DNA from: Acidimicrobiia bacterium
Lineage (GTDB): Bacteria > Actinomycetota > Acidimicrobiia > Spongiisociales > ZC4RG35
Assembly (NCBI GenBank): GCA_965261135.1
Contig: OZ253443.1
Span: forward strand, 2,416,841-2,480,840
Reading direction: 5' to 3'
Length of the DNA: 64,000 nt
This document shows, piece by piece, positions 37,559-47,271 of this stretch (its first letter is position 1; each line of letters starts with the position of its first letter). The translations under genes were made by a program, and so were the position numbers. A model generated the notes under the pieces. It had not been told where the DNA came from, made no database searches, and saw only the letters and a list, made by a program, of their open reading frames with translations.

Positions 37559-38566
37559 CTAGTGCCTTCGGGGTGTGGGGATCATTTTGCCGGGCCATCC
37601 CACCGCGTAGGTGAATTCGCCAGGCTGGACGATGGCGGGTCGGGCCGGGGCCAACATCAAATAGGGCTTTTCGGTGACGGTGAACTCCCGCATAGGTCCG
37701 GGTCCCCATAATTCGAAACCCGGTCCCATTCCCGCTTGGCTGCCGACCTCATCCACTACGAATTCCTCGATTCGCTCCCCTGTCACCAAATCCGTCACCC
37801 ATCCCACCGGGCCAGCCTTGGCGCGGATACCCACCTGGGAGGGCCCGTAGCGCCCATCGAGAGCCCCCGCATGGGAAGCCAGGAATACTTTGATCTGGTT
37901 GAGAATGGGGACGTGATCGGGACCGGTCGGATCGGTGTCGAGATGACCCCGATACCGCAGTGTGTTGAGGCACCCCTCCACCCCCAGAGTGGGGTCGTTG
38001 GATTCTCCACCACCAAACTCGGCCAGGAAAGAGGAAGCCCCAGCCGCGGTCGCCGCATGGCTCAACTGGCCGGGAACATGACGGTTGATCACCACCGGCA
38101 GGTAACCGAAGGAAGCGCTCAACTCCAGATCACCGTAGTCGTAGGTGTAGTGCAATCCCCGGGCGGGGGTTCCCGAGTGAAGGTCAACAATGCAGTCGGC
38201 CTCTTCCAGTAAGGCGCTCAATAGGGCATGCGCCACCTGATCGGACAGAAATCCCATGGGGCGACCTGGGAACCGACGGTTCAATTCCAAGAGGTCGGGG
38301 TTATGCCGGGTTCCGGCGGTTAGACCGAACAGGTTGGCGGCGGGAACCAGAGTCACCGTTCCGGCCAAATCGGATCCCAGCAGTATCTTGCGCAGCTCAT
38401 GGACCGCCAACACCGCCAGGGGTTTATCTCCTATCACCCCCGCCACGATGGCGGTGGCCGGCCCGGGCCGAGCGCCGACCAGCCGATGAAACCGCGTCTT
38501 CCAGGTCCCACCGTCCACCCGGCGAGCACCGGTCTCCACCTCGAAGGTCGCCTCTTTAACGCTCAT
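37559..38566 (-). CDS. succinylglutamate desuccinylase/aspartoacylase (AstE/AspA) family deacylase
   Basis: M14-like zinc-deacylase pattern (…HELRKILLGSDLAGTVTLVPAANLFG…HSGT…). Start trimmed to the ATG at 38564-38566 with an AGGAG SD. Confidence 0.55.
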   Translation of the reverse strand: MSVKEATFEVETGARRVDGGTWKTRFHRLVGARPGPATAIVAGVIGDKPLAVLAVHELRKILLGSDLAGTVTLVPAANLFGLTAGTRHNPDLLELNRRFPGRPMGFLSDQVAHALLSALLEEADCIVDLHSGTPARGLHYTYDYGDLELSASFGYLPVVINRHVPGQLSHAATAAGASSFLAEFGGGESNDPTLGVEGCLNTLRYRGHLDTDPTGPDHVPILNQIKVFLASHAGALDGRYGPSQVGIRAKAGPVGWVTDLVTGERIEEFVVDEVGSQAGMGPGFELWGPGPMREFTVTEKPYLMLAPARPAIVQPGEFTYAVGWPGKMIPTPRRH

Positions 38567-38919
38567 GCTCTGCTCCTTGGTCGACTCGGGTTCCTGCCCG
38601 AATGCGCGAAAAATACATCGTACTTCTCCAGAAACCCCATCCGCCCAACTTGAAACTGTCACCGCCCCGATCCATATTGATATAAGCCACAAAAACCTCC
38701 CGGGCCACCTCGACGTCACCGGCCCGCTGGCAGGTCATACTCCGAACCGGGCTTCCGCCAAGACCCTGGCGGCCCGCGCTCGAACCTCCGCGGCGGTGGC
38801 GGGGGAGGGCCCATTGGGTGGAAAGGGGGGAGGCGAATTTCGCGAGATGGGGAGAGGTTCCCCTAGGAGACGCACCCAAGGAGGGGGACTGGACAGATGG
38901 ATAGTCGAACCGCCAACCT

Positions 38920-39966
38920 TTAGCTGAACCGGGGAATGATCTCGCGGCCGATTCGCTCGATCACCCTTAAGGTGTCGTGGGGTGGGGGGCCGCTTTGGAA
39001 ACGCAAGCGCAACACTATTTCCTCAGGTTGGATGGTCTCTATCCACCCCTCCAGAAGCTCCATCCAGGTGTCCACCGATCCCACCACGAACCGATCCTCG
39101 AGCAGGTGATGAAGGGCTAACTCCTCTTTGCGCTCGATTTCTCTCAGCCACGGGTCCACCCTCACGTCATAGGGCTTTCCCTCTCCCGTCTCTTCACTCT
39201 TCCAGCCTCCCTTCATGCGCGGAAAATATTCCGCATGGGCGTGGACGACGTGCGGACCGTATTGGGAACGGGCCTCTTGGTCGGTGTCGGCCAGCCAGGC
39301 CTCCCGCAAGAGGGCGATGCGAGGTTTCTTCCCATGCTCCCGGCATTCGGCCCGATAGACCTCGGCCAGATCGGCCACCACCTTCCCGGTGCGCATCGGG
39401 TCGGGCAACCACCCGTCCGCCAGCCGAGCGGTTCTCCGCACCCCCGCTTCGGCCCATGAGCCCACCCACACTTCCGGCATGTGCGGACCCATGGCGGGAT
39501 CCAGAGCAGGAACCGGTCCTCTGCCCACATCAATACTGATCTCGCCACGGCGAAAAGCGTTGATGAGCCGTAGTCCCTCCTCCATGTCCCGACCCCGTCG
39601 GGAGAGCTTCTTTCCCAACATCTCGAAGGCGTGTTCGTTGTATCCCGCCCCCACTCCCAGCCGGAACCTACCCGGATACAGCGAATTGAGGACGGCGGCG
39701 TCCTGAATCACCTGATAGGGGTCGCGCAGTGGGAGTTGCACCACCGTTATGGCGAAATTCAGACGGGTGGTAGCTTGCAGAGCCGAGGCTGCCAGGACAT
39801 GAGGGCTGGTGGTGTAGGCAGTCACCCCGATCCGGCGTTCCCCCACAACCACCGAATAGAACCCGGCCCGCTCAGCGGCCTGGCATTCGGCTATGAAGGC
39901 GTCAAAATCGAACTCATAACGCCCGTTGACTGTCCGTTGCAGTGGTACGGCCAGACTGAAACGCAT
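38920..39966 (-). CDS. LLM-class flavin/F420-dependent oxidoreductase
   Basis: MRFSLAVPLQ... Paralog of 33046-34098. Confidence 0.65.
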   Translation of the reverse strand: MRFSLAVPLQRTVNGRYEFDFDAFIAECQAAERAGFYSVVVGERRIGVTAYTTSPHVLAASALQATTRLNFAITVVQLPLRDPYQVIQDAAVLNSLYPGRFRLGVGAGYNEHAFEMLGKKLSRRGRDMEEGLRLINAFRRGEISIDVGRGPVPALDPAMGPHMPEVWVGSWAEAGVRRTARLADGWLPDPMRTGKVVADLAEVYRAECREHGKKPRIALLREAWLADTDQEARSQYGPHVVHAHAEYFPRMKGGWKSEETGEGKPYDVRVDPWLREIERKEELALHHLLEDRFVVGSVDTWMELLEGWIETIQPEEIVLRLRFQSGPPPHDTLRVIERIGREIIPRFS

Positions 39967-39978
39967 GTCCCTGCTCCC

Positions 39979-40682
39979 TCAGACCACCCAGGATTCGGGA
40001 TGCCGCAGCGAGTATTCGTGTCTGACCACGTGATAGCTGGGACGGGTTAGAAGGGGTCCCATCGCCTCCTGATGGCGACCGATGACACTCTCTGCATCCC
40101 CCTCTGCCATGGCATAGGAGACTCTTCCCCACTCGAGCATCACCATGATCTCCGGTTCGCTTCCCGGATACACCGTGTGCTTCCCGTCCTCGAAACAAAC
40201 CCTGCCGCGGAAAAAGCCGGGCAAGAGCCGAAGCCGGGAGAATTCCTCGGCGCGGTACCACTCCAACAACCGAGATCGCTTGGCGGCGGGCAGATCGAAG
40301 CGGATGGTGGTGACCGTCGGGCCAACCAAGGCTCCGGCCAGGCTGGGCCGGTGCGGGTCGTCATGAACAGAGTCAGGGATGCCTTCGGTGAGCACCTGGT
40401 CGTAGATCATCAGGGAGTGGTTGAATATCTTTTCAGCAATGACCACGTCCAACTGCGGGTCGGACGCTCTCATGCGGTCATAGACCTCGCGAAGATCTCG
40501 ATGCCCGGGATTTCATAGAAGTTGCAAATCCACGGTGACCCGACCACCGCCTGATAGCCATGAGCGCTGTACTGACCCACCGATACCGCGTCGGGACCGT
40601 GCCGTCGCTTGTACCAGTCCGTGAACTCTGGGATGTAGTCCGGATCCACATCCATACGAGAGTTGTACATCCTGGGCAGCAA
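39979..40682 (-). pseudogene. frameshifted paralog of the 40861-41565 gene
   Basis: Track ORFs 40470-40682 (70 aa) and 39979-40473 (164 aa) together align to the intact 234-aa neighbour. The break near 40478-40485 involves a ~6-nt deletion plus a 1-nt shift. Confidence 0.5.
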
Positions 40683-40860
40683 TCCCTGCTCCTCTCTTGG
40701 CGCCGAACGGGTCGGGAAGGGCGCTCACCAGCCTAGCGCTCGCTAATCACAACCTCCCGGGTGACTTCTAAAGAGCCAACCTGCATGTGACAGGAATTGT
40801 TTCCAAACGAACCACACCTAGAACAGAGAGAACGGCTGAACTTGGGGACGGCGACCCAGT

Positions 40861-41565
40861 CTACGCGACCCAGGAATCCGGGTGCCGAAGGGAGTATTCA
40901 TGTCTGACCACGTGATAGCTGGCACGGGTCAATCCCGGTCCCATCGCCTCCTGATGACGACCGATGACATCGTCTGCATCTCCTTCTGCCATGGCATGAG
41001 CAACGCTTCCCCATTCGAGCATCACCATGATCTCCGGTTCGCTTCCCGGATACACCGTGTGCTTACCCTCCTCGAAGCCCACTCTGCCTCGAAAGAACCC
41101 GGCCACCCCCCGCAGGCGGGGGAATTCCTCGGCGCGGTACCACTCCAGGAGCCGGTGACGCTCGGTGACGGGCAGATCGAAGCGGATGGTGGTGACCGCC
41201 GGGCCGATCACAGTACCGGCCAGGCTGGGCCGGTGCGGATCGTCATGAACAGAGTCGGGGATGCCTTCGGTGAGCACCTGGTCGTAGATCATCAGAGAGT
41301 GGTTGAATATCTTTTGGGCAACGATCACATCCAACTGCTGGTCGGCCATCCTGGTCCGGTCATAGGTCTCATTGAAGATCTCCGCTCCCGGGATTTCATA
41401 GAAGTTGCATATCCACGGCGACCCCACAACGGCTTGGTAGCCATGAGCGCTGTACATGCCTACCGATACCACATCCGGACCATGCCGACGCTTGTACCAG
41501 TCGGTGAACTCCGGTACATAGTCCGGATCCACATCCATTCGGGAGTTGTACATCTTCGGCAGCAT
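40861..41565 (-). CDS. conserved hypothetical protein (234 aa), family not recognised
   Basis: MLPKMYNSRMDVDPDYVPEFTDWYKRRHGPD... Intact copy of a tandem pair. Possibly an alpha+beta barrel type, but unassigned. Confidence 0.5.
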   Translation of the reverse strand: MLPKMYNSRMDVDPDYVPEFTDWYKRRHGPDVVSVGMYSAHGYQAVVGSPWICNFYEIPGAEIFNETYDRTRMADQQLDVIVAQKIFNHSLMIYDQVLTEGIPDSVHDDPHRPSLAGTVIGPAVTTIRFDLPVTERHRLLEWYRAEEFPRLRGVAGFFRGRVGFEEGKHTVYPGSEPEIMVMLEWGSVAHAMAEGDADDVIGRHQEAMGPGLTRASYHVVRHEYSLRHPDSWVA

Positions 41566-41643
41566 CTGCGCTCCTCTCTTCCGGTGAAAGGGCCGGAAAG
41601 GACGCCTCCCAGACTAGTGCCCGGAGGACGATTTCTTCCCGGG

Positions 41644-42897
41644 TCACCTCCCCTTTTCCACGACCCCGAAAGTGACGGGAAGCTTCTCCAACAGCCGGAA
41701 TTGAAAGTGGGGCCGGCGATGAAACTCGCTGGCCGCCAACCGGATGGGGTGAAAGCGTCGAAGCAACTCTCTGATCGCCACCTGTGCCTCCATGCGAGCC
41801 AAGGGCGCCCCCAGGCAGAGATGCCGACCACCACCGAAAGAGAGGTGCTTGATGTCTGGCCGGTCGACATCTATCTGGTCAGGATGATCGTAGAGATCGG
41901 GGTCGCGGTTAGCGGCGGCGATCAGCGCCAGGACCCTCTCTCCCGGGGACATCCGCTCCCCGTCCACTTCCCAATCGGTGGTCAAATAGCGGTAGTGGGC
42001 ATGAAGCGGCGCCTCCCAGCGCAGGAATTCCTCCACCGCGTTGGGCACCAAGTCCGGAGAGGCCCGCAGCATCGCCATCTGGTCGGGATTCTGGAGGAGG
42101 CCCAGCACCATCGAGCCGATCAAACCCATGGTGGTCTCGAACCCGGCGGTGAGCAGGCCGCGAAGGGTGGCGATCAGTTCGTCGCGGGACAGTCGGTCTC
42201 CGACCTCTTCCAGAGCCACCAGACGGGAAGTGAGATTGTCGGTAGGCGACTCCCGATGGCGATCCACCAAGCAGCCCAGATATTCAATGAAATTGGCGCA
42301 GGAACGATGGCACAACTCGATCCCCTCTTCGTCGTTGGCGTCGGGAACGAACATGCGAAGCAGATCGGGAGTCCAATCCATCAGAATCTGCCAATCCTCA
42401 TCGGGTATGCCCAACAGCCCACAGATCACCCGCATGGGCACCACCATGGCAAACTCCGACATCACTTCCATCTCTCCCCGCGGCTGCACCGCATCCAATG
42501 CCTCGGTGACAACTCGCTCAACCATCGGACGGTAGCCCTCGGTAGCCCGGGGTGTAAAAGCGGGTGTCAGCAAACGGCGCAGGCGGGTGTGGTCGGGTGG
42601 GTCTGACATGGAGATGCTGTGCGCCCACATACGGGCCGCCGGGCCTCCCCGCAGGACCTCTGGAATCTCTCCTCCGGGCGCGCGCATCCGGGAGGCCGGG
42701 CTTCCCAACACCGCTGCTGCGTCTCGGAACCGGCTCACCACCCGGACACCACCGTCACCCAAGGCCGCATGGCCGACCGGACACTGTTGTCGAAGCCGCT
42801 CATACACCGAGTAGGGATCATCCAAGAAAACGGGGTCGGTCGGATCGTAGACGATCCCCGTCTCGCTCGTCTCTTGCCCAGAAGCTCCTCGGTTCAT
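41644..42897 (-). CDS. cytochrome P450
   Basis: Heme-thiolate loop FGGGRHLCLGAPLARME, plus EXXR and the I-helix AGFETT. Confidence 0.85.
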   Translation of the reverse strand: MNRGASGQETSETGIVYDPTDPVFLDDPYSVYERLRQQCPVGHAALGDGGVRVVSRFRDAAAVLGSPASRMRAPGGEIPEVLRGGPAARMWAHSISMSDPPDHTRLRRLLTPAFTPRATEGYRPMVERVVTEALDAVQPRGEMEVMSEFAMVVPMRVICGLLGIPDEDWQILMDWTPDLLRMFVPDANDEEGIELCHRSCANFIEYLGCLVDRHRESPTDNLTSRLVALEEVGDRLSRDELIATLRGLLTAGFETTMGLIGSMVLGLLQNPDQMAMLRASPDLVPNAVEEFLRWEAPLHAHYRYLTTDWEVDGERMSPGERVLALIAAANRDPDLYDHPDQIDVDRPDIKHLSFGGGRHLCLGAPLARMEAQVAIRELLRRFHPIRLAASEFHRRPHFQFRLLEKLPVTFGVVEKGR

Positions 42898-42915
42898 GCG
42901 ATCGTTTCTGGTGGT

Positions 42916-44514
42916 TTACGCCCCACTCATTCCCCGCAGTTCACGTTTGAGGATCTTTCCTTGGGTGTCAATGGGAAGGTTCTCTACCACATGGACCGCC
43001 TTGGGGACCTTGTAACCCGCCAAGTGCTGTTTGCAGTGGGTGATCACCGCATCCGAATCCACCGCGACGCCGGGGCGGGCCACCGCGAAGGCGGTGACTG
43101 CCTCCGACCAGTAGTCGTCGGCGACTCCCACCACCGCCACCTGCATGATCCCGGGATAGCCGTAGAGCACCCGCTCCACCTCCTGGCTGGAGACGTTCAT
43201 GCCGCCGCTCTTGATCATGTCTTTCTTGCGGTCGAAGAAGAACAGGTTGCCGTCGTCATCGATTCTCACCAAGTCGCCGGTGCGCAACCACCCGTCCCGG
43301 AACGCCTCCGCGGTCTTCTCCGGATCGCGGTAGTAACCGACCATGGCCGAGGGAGACCGGCAGGCCAACTCGCCGATCTCGGCATTTTGATCCTCGTCAT
43401 CGAACACCGCTATCTCCAACTGCGGAACCGCTTTGCCTATCCAAGTGGGGTCCCCGCCGGGTATTTCATCCAGGCTGCGAAACCAACCCACCGAGCCCAA
43501 CTGGGTGAGTTCGGACTGCCCCCAATAGGTAGCCCAAAGCACGTCGGGGTTGGCCTTGGCCCATCCTTCCAGCATGGCCTGAGGAACCGTGCCCCCGTAG
43601 GTGATGCAGCGGCGCAGGCTCGAGAAGTCGTAGTCCTCGAAGCCCTCCACCTGGGTCATCGCCAGATAGAAAGTCGGCGTCTGGGCCATGATTGTCACCT
43701 TCTCGTCGGCCATCATCTCGGCCGCCTGCGGAGGATCGACCGCGTGGACTAACACCAAGGTGGCGCCCAACAGGGTGAGGGTGGTCATGCTGCCCAGGCC
43801 GGCGATGGTGAAGAAGGGCATCAGGAACAGCCAGATTTCGTCGGGGGCGATTCCCAGCGCCGACTGCCAGGCGGGAGTGGTGGAGATCAGATAGTTGCGA
43901 TGGGGGATCATCACCCCCTTGGGGTAGGCCTCGGTTCCGCTGGTGTACTGGATGATGGCCAGGTCGTTTTCGTGAACGATTGCCTCCGGCTCCGAAGCAT
44001 CCTGATCTTCTCCGACCAGAGTGGAAGTCCGGGTCCAGCCCGGCGGACCGGCGTCGGAGACCACATCCGAGACCAGGAAATGCTCCACGCCCGCCAACTG
44101 GTCGGCGATAGGCTCGAAGCGATCCACGAACGCCGACTCCACCACTAACACCTTTGGCCGGCAGTGATCCACCTGATAGGTGATCTCGCGGGCGGTGAAA
44201 GTGAAATTGATGCCCGTCAGGGCGGCGCCCAGTTTGAGGGTGGCGTAGTAGATCGCCACGTAGTCGGGACTGTTGCGGGACATGATCGCCACCACATCGC
44301 CGCGCTCCACCCCTCGCGCGGAAAGGGCATGGGCCAGACGGTTGACCATCCGGTTCAGCGACCCGTAGGTGTGCACCTCTCGGTCACCCTCGGTGGTGTA
44401 AAAAATCAAAGCCGGCTTGTGGGGCTGGAGTCCGGCGTTGCGCCGCAACTGGTCCCCGATGGTCGCCCGGCCAATGACCGTGTCCCGCTGGTGCATTCCT
44501 GTGTCGACGATCAT
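42916..44514 (-). CDS. AMP-dependent acyl-CoA synthetase/ligase
   Basis: YTSGTEAYPKGVMIPHRN motif. 532 aa. Confidence 0.8.
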   Translation of the reverse strand: MIVDTGMHQRDTVIGRATIGDQLRRNAGLQPHKPALIFYTTEGDREVHTYGSLNRMVNRLAHALSARGVERGDVVAIMSRNSPDYVAIYYATLKLGAALTGINFTFTAREITYQVDHCRPKVLVVESAFVDRFEPIADQLAGVEHFLVSDVVSDAGPPGWTRTSTLVGEDQDASEPEAIVHENDLAIIQYTSGTEAYPKGVMIPHRNYLISTTPAWQSALGIAPDEIWLFLMPFFTIAGLGSMTTLTLLGATLVLVHAVDPPQAAEMMADEKVTIMAQTPTFYLAMTQVEGFEDYDFSSLRRCITYGGTVPQAMLEGWAKANPDVLWATYWGQSELTQLGSVGWFRSLDEIPGGDPTWIGKAVPQLEIAVFDDEDQNAEIGELACRSPSAMVGYYRDPEKTAEAFRDGWLRTGDLVRIDDDGNLFFFDRKKDMIKSGGMNVSSQEVERVLYGYPGIMQVAVVGVADDYWSEAVTAFAVARPGVAVDSDAVITHCKQHLAGYKVPKAVHVVENLPIDTQGKILKRELRGMSGA

Positions 44515-44538
44515 CTCGGCGTCCTCCTTACATATTTC

Positions 44539-44958
44539 TCATGCCGATGTCATATCTTCTCTGCTCCGGCGTCTGAAATCGACCAGCCGCCGCGCCTCTT
44601 CAACAATGTCCGAAAACATGGATCCGGGCGGAAAAGTAGAGGCTCCTCGGTCCTGCAGGGCCGATCGGTGCTGAGGCTGGATGGTTCCACCCACCATCAC
44701 TCCGGCGTCGGGAGCGCGACTCTCCAGTTCATCGAGGATCCGCATCACCACCGCCAGACTACCCCCCACGTTCAGACCCACCACGTCCGCGTCTTCTTGA
44801 ACCGCCGCCGCCGCTATCTCGTCGGCGGTGGCCATCCCCAGATAGATCACCTCGAATCCGGCGTCCCGCAACACGTGTACCACCACCGCCGGACCTCGCC
44901 AATGGCCGTCGAGAGCCGTCTTGGCAAACAACACCTTGCCGGGCCGGTCAACGCTCAA
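44539..44958 (-). CDS. B12-binding small subunit of a split acyl-CoA mutase (MCM C-terminal-domain homolog)
   Basis: 139 aa. GPAVVVHVLRDAGFEVIYLG pattern and DxHxxG-equivalent region. ATGA overlap with the large-subunit gene. Confidence 0.7.
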   Translation of the reverse strand: MSVDRPGKVLFAKTALDGHWRGPAVVVHVLRDAGFEVIYLGMATADEIAAAAVQEDADVVGLNVGGSLAVVMRILDELESRAPDAGVMVGGTIQPQHRSALQDRGASTFPPGSMFSDIVEEARRLVDFRRRSREDMTSA

Positions 44959-46589
44959 AATGAGATCGGCACCTTCCAGTCGCCGAAAACCTCGCTGAAC
45001 ACATCACCGAATTCCCCCAAGGTGGCTTGTGCGGCCACCGCTTCCATCACAGCCGGCATGACGTTGGCGTCTCCCCGACACGCCGCCTCCAGATCGCGCA
45101 GGGCGACCACCGCGGTTCGCCCGTCCCGTTCGCGCCGGACCAGGCTCAATCTCTCCATAGAGCTCTCCCAGACTCCCTCCACCGGTTCGAACCCGGTCAT
45201 CTCCCAAGGCGTCACATCCTCGGTGAAGGCATTGACACCCACTACCGTCCGGGCGCCAACGCTGACCGCGCCCGCCATCTCCAGTTGGTTGGCGGCGGCC
45301 AGGGAATGAAGCCACCCCTCGTCCAGCACCGCCCCGAAGCCGCCCCTGTTCTCGATTTCTTCAAACATCTCCCAAGCGCGGGTTTCCAATTCCGCGGTCA
45401 GCGCCTCCACGTAGTGCGATCCTCCCAAGGGGTCCGCCACTGCGGGGATGTTGGTCTCGTGATGGATGATCTGTTGAATCCGAAGCGACATCTGGTGGGC
45501 ATGTTCGGAGGGAACCGACATGGCCTCGTCGTAGGTCGACACTCCCAGGGACTGTGTGCCGCCCAGCACCGAGGCCAGGGCCATGATCGTTCCCCGGGCA
45601 ATGTTGTTGAGAGGCTGCTGATAGGTCAGGGACGATCCGGCGGTGACGATATGGATTCGCATTCGGGTGGCGCGCCCGTCGGTGATCCCATAGCGGCGTC
45701 CCAGCAGATCGGCCCACATCTTGCGGGCCGCCCGCATCTTGCAGATATCCTCGAAAAAGTCCATTGACACCCGCAGGTTGATTCCGCCCACCATGTAAGC
45801 CAGGCGCGCCAGGTTCTCCGGCGCCCGGCGTTGGATCTCATCGAGATACACCACCGCGTTGGCGAAGAGCGCGGCCAACTCCTGATAGGCGTTCAAACCG
45901 GTGTCCGCGGCGTTGTATGCGGCGATCGAGACCGGAACCCACCGGGGGAGATGCTGGCCGCAGAATTCGATGATGTCGGTGTTGAGCCGGATCCCCGCCG
46001 CGGTGGGGATCTGGCGTTTGGGAATGCACCCCAGGTAGGTGAGGAAAAAGTCACTCTGGCCGGTGCCCGCCAGCCGGGACAGATCCATGCCGCGCCGCTG
46101 GGCGACGGTCCAATAGCACCCCAGCGCGAAGGGAGCGTGCTGAACCACCGCTCCACCGGGATGGGCGTAGTTGCGGCTCATGTCGATTCCGTCGAGCACC
46201 GTTTCGTAGTCCCGCACGCTCTGGATAACCGCCCCGGTCTGTCCGACATCCTCACGCCGGGCCACCACCTCGGGGTGATCAACGTTGTAGAGATGGTCTG
46301 CGGTGTTGCGGTCATGCTCCATGATGAAACCCGTCTCGCCCTGATTCAGCAGGAACTTGATCCGCTCCCGCTCATCCTCGGGATTGCCGTGTCCGCTGAG
46401 CTGGAACACCCGCCAGGGTTTGGTCCGGTACATGCCGGGATAGGCGCCGCGCAAATAGGGAGGTACCCCCGGCGGACCGGCCGCTGCCTCCCGTGACTCC
46501 GGGGGGACATCACCGGGGCCGTACCAACCGGCCAGGGGTATCCCCGAGGCGGTGAAGAACCGGTCAGATTCGCCCTGTCTGGAACTCAT
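44955..46589 (-). CDS. acyl-CoA mutase large (substrate-binding TIM-barrel) subunit, methylmalonyl-CoA mutase family
   Basis: 544 aa with MCM N-terminal-domain features (PYLRGAYPGMYRTKPW..., FFTAS...). The B12 domain is encoded separately downstream. Confidence 0.75.
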   Translation of the reverse strand: MSSRQGESDRFFTASGIPLAGWYGPGDVPPESREAAAGPPGVPPYLRGAYPGMYRTKPWRVFQLSGHGNPEDERERIKFLLNQGETGFIMEHDRNTADHLYNVDHPEVVARREDVGQTGAVIQSVRDYETVLDGIDMSRNYAHPGGAVVQHAPFALGCYWTVAQRRGMDLSRLAGTGQSDFFLTYLGCIPKRQIPTAAGIRLNTDIIEFCGQHLPRWVPVSIAAYNAADTGLNAYQELAALFANAVVYLDEIQRRAPENLARLAYMVGGINLRVSMDFFEDICKMRAARKMWADLLGRRYGITDGRATRMRIHIVTAGSSLTYQQPLNNIARGTIMALASVLGGTQSLGVSTYDEAMSVPSEHAHQMSLRIQQIIHHETNIPAVADPLGGSHYVEALTAELETRAWEMFEEIENRGGFGAVLDEGWLHSLAAANQLEMAGAVSVGARTVVGVNAFTEDVTPWEMTGFEPVEGVWESSMERLSLVRRERDGRTAVVALRDLEAACRGDANVMPAVMEAVAAQATLGEFGDVFSEVFGDWKVPISF

Positions 46590-46692
46590 GGGTTAGTGGC
46601 GATTCGCAGCATTCTTGCAACCTCATCATAGAGAACGCCTCTACTCTTCTCAGCGAAAGGGCTCATCTGCCAACAGGTGTCGAGGGGAGTTG

Positions 46693-47079
46693 TTACCAAA
46701 GGACGCCGGTGCCGAAATGCCTGAAGGCGGCGTCTCTGGTTACCAGGGTCAGCAATTCCATGTCAGCCTGGGCGGCCAGCATCCGATCGAAGGGATCACG
46801 GTGATCCACTGAATAGGTCCCAGCTCTCAGACAATGCAGGTAGTTGACTGCGAGATGTTGAAACCCATCCGCTTGTACCAAGTCGTGGAAGCGGCGCACG
46901 GCGTCGGGAGCATGGTCAAGGCGCCCCAGGCGCCGCAGCGTTGCGATCTCCCAGGCACTGGCCGCGCTCACGTACACCTCGGATGCCGAATCGGCGATAG
47001 CGCTCCTGGCTCGTATCGAAAGACTGGAATTGTCGGTCCACCACCACAACAGCACATGGGTATCGAGCAGCAGCCGCAT
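46693..47079 (-). CDS. vapC: PIN-domain ribonuclease toxin, VapC family
   Basis: MRLLLDTHVLLWW... with the conserved acidic residues of the PIN fold. 128 aa. Directly downstream of the antitoxin remnant. Confidence 0.75.
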   Translation of the reverse strand: MRLLLDTHVLLWWWTDNSSLSIRARSAIADSASEVYVSAASAWEIATLRRLGRLDHAPDAVRRFHDLVQADGFQHLAVNYLHCLRAGTYSVDHRDPFDRMLAAQADMELLTLVTRDAAFRHFGTGVLW

Positions 47080-47267
47080 TATCTCCGTTCCCAGGCGTCG
47101 AGCTCGGTCTGTGGCAGAGGATCGAGTATCTCGGGACCGACGAACTGGTCCGAGAGCCGTCCGGGGCGGCGGGCGGCCTCGGGTGGGGGAAGGGGCCCCA
47201 GCACCGCGTAGGGCTTGCCTGCTTTGGCGAGGATGATCTCCTCCCCGGCATGAGCGCGATCCAACAA
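47079..47267 (-). pseudogene. 3' portion (62 codons) of a Phd/YefM-type antitoxin gene, severed from its 5' end by an IS insertion
   Basis: Reads (L)DRAHAGEEIILAKAGKPYAVLGP..., the conserved core of Phd/YefM antitoxins. It lacks the N-terminal beta-strand. The only in-frame start is the TTG at 47265-47267, inside the target-site duplication. Confidence 0.55.
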
Positions 47268-47271
47268 TTTG

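Noticed and set aside
6567-38566. Ectoine-degradation interpretation (M24 DoeA-like at 6567 plus AstE/AspA DoeB-like at 37559)
   Set aside because: The two genes are 30 kb apart in different operons. No doeC/doeD-type aminotransferase or dehydrogenase is adjacent, so the family-level resemblance alone is insufficient.
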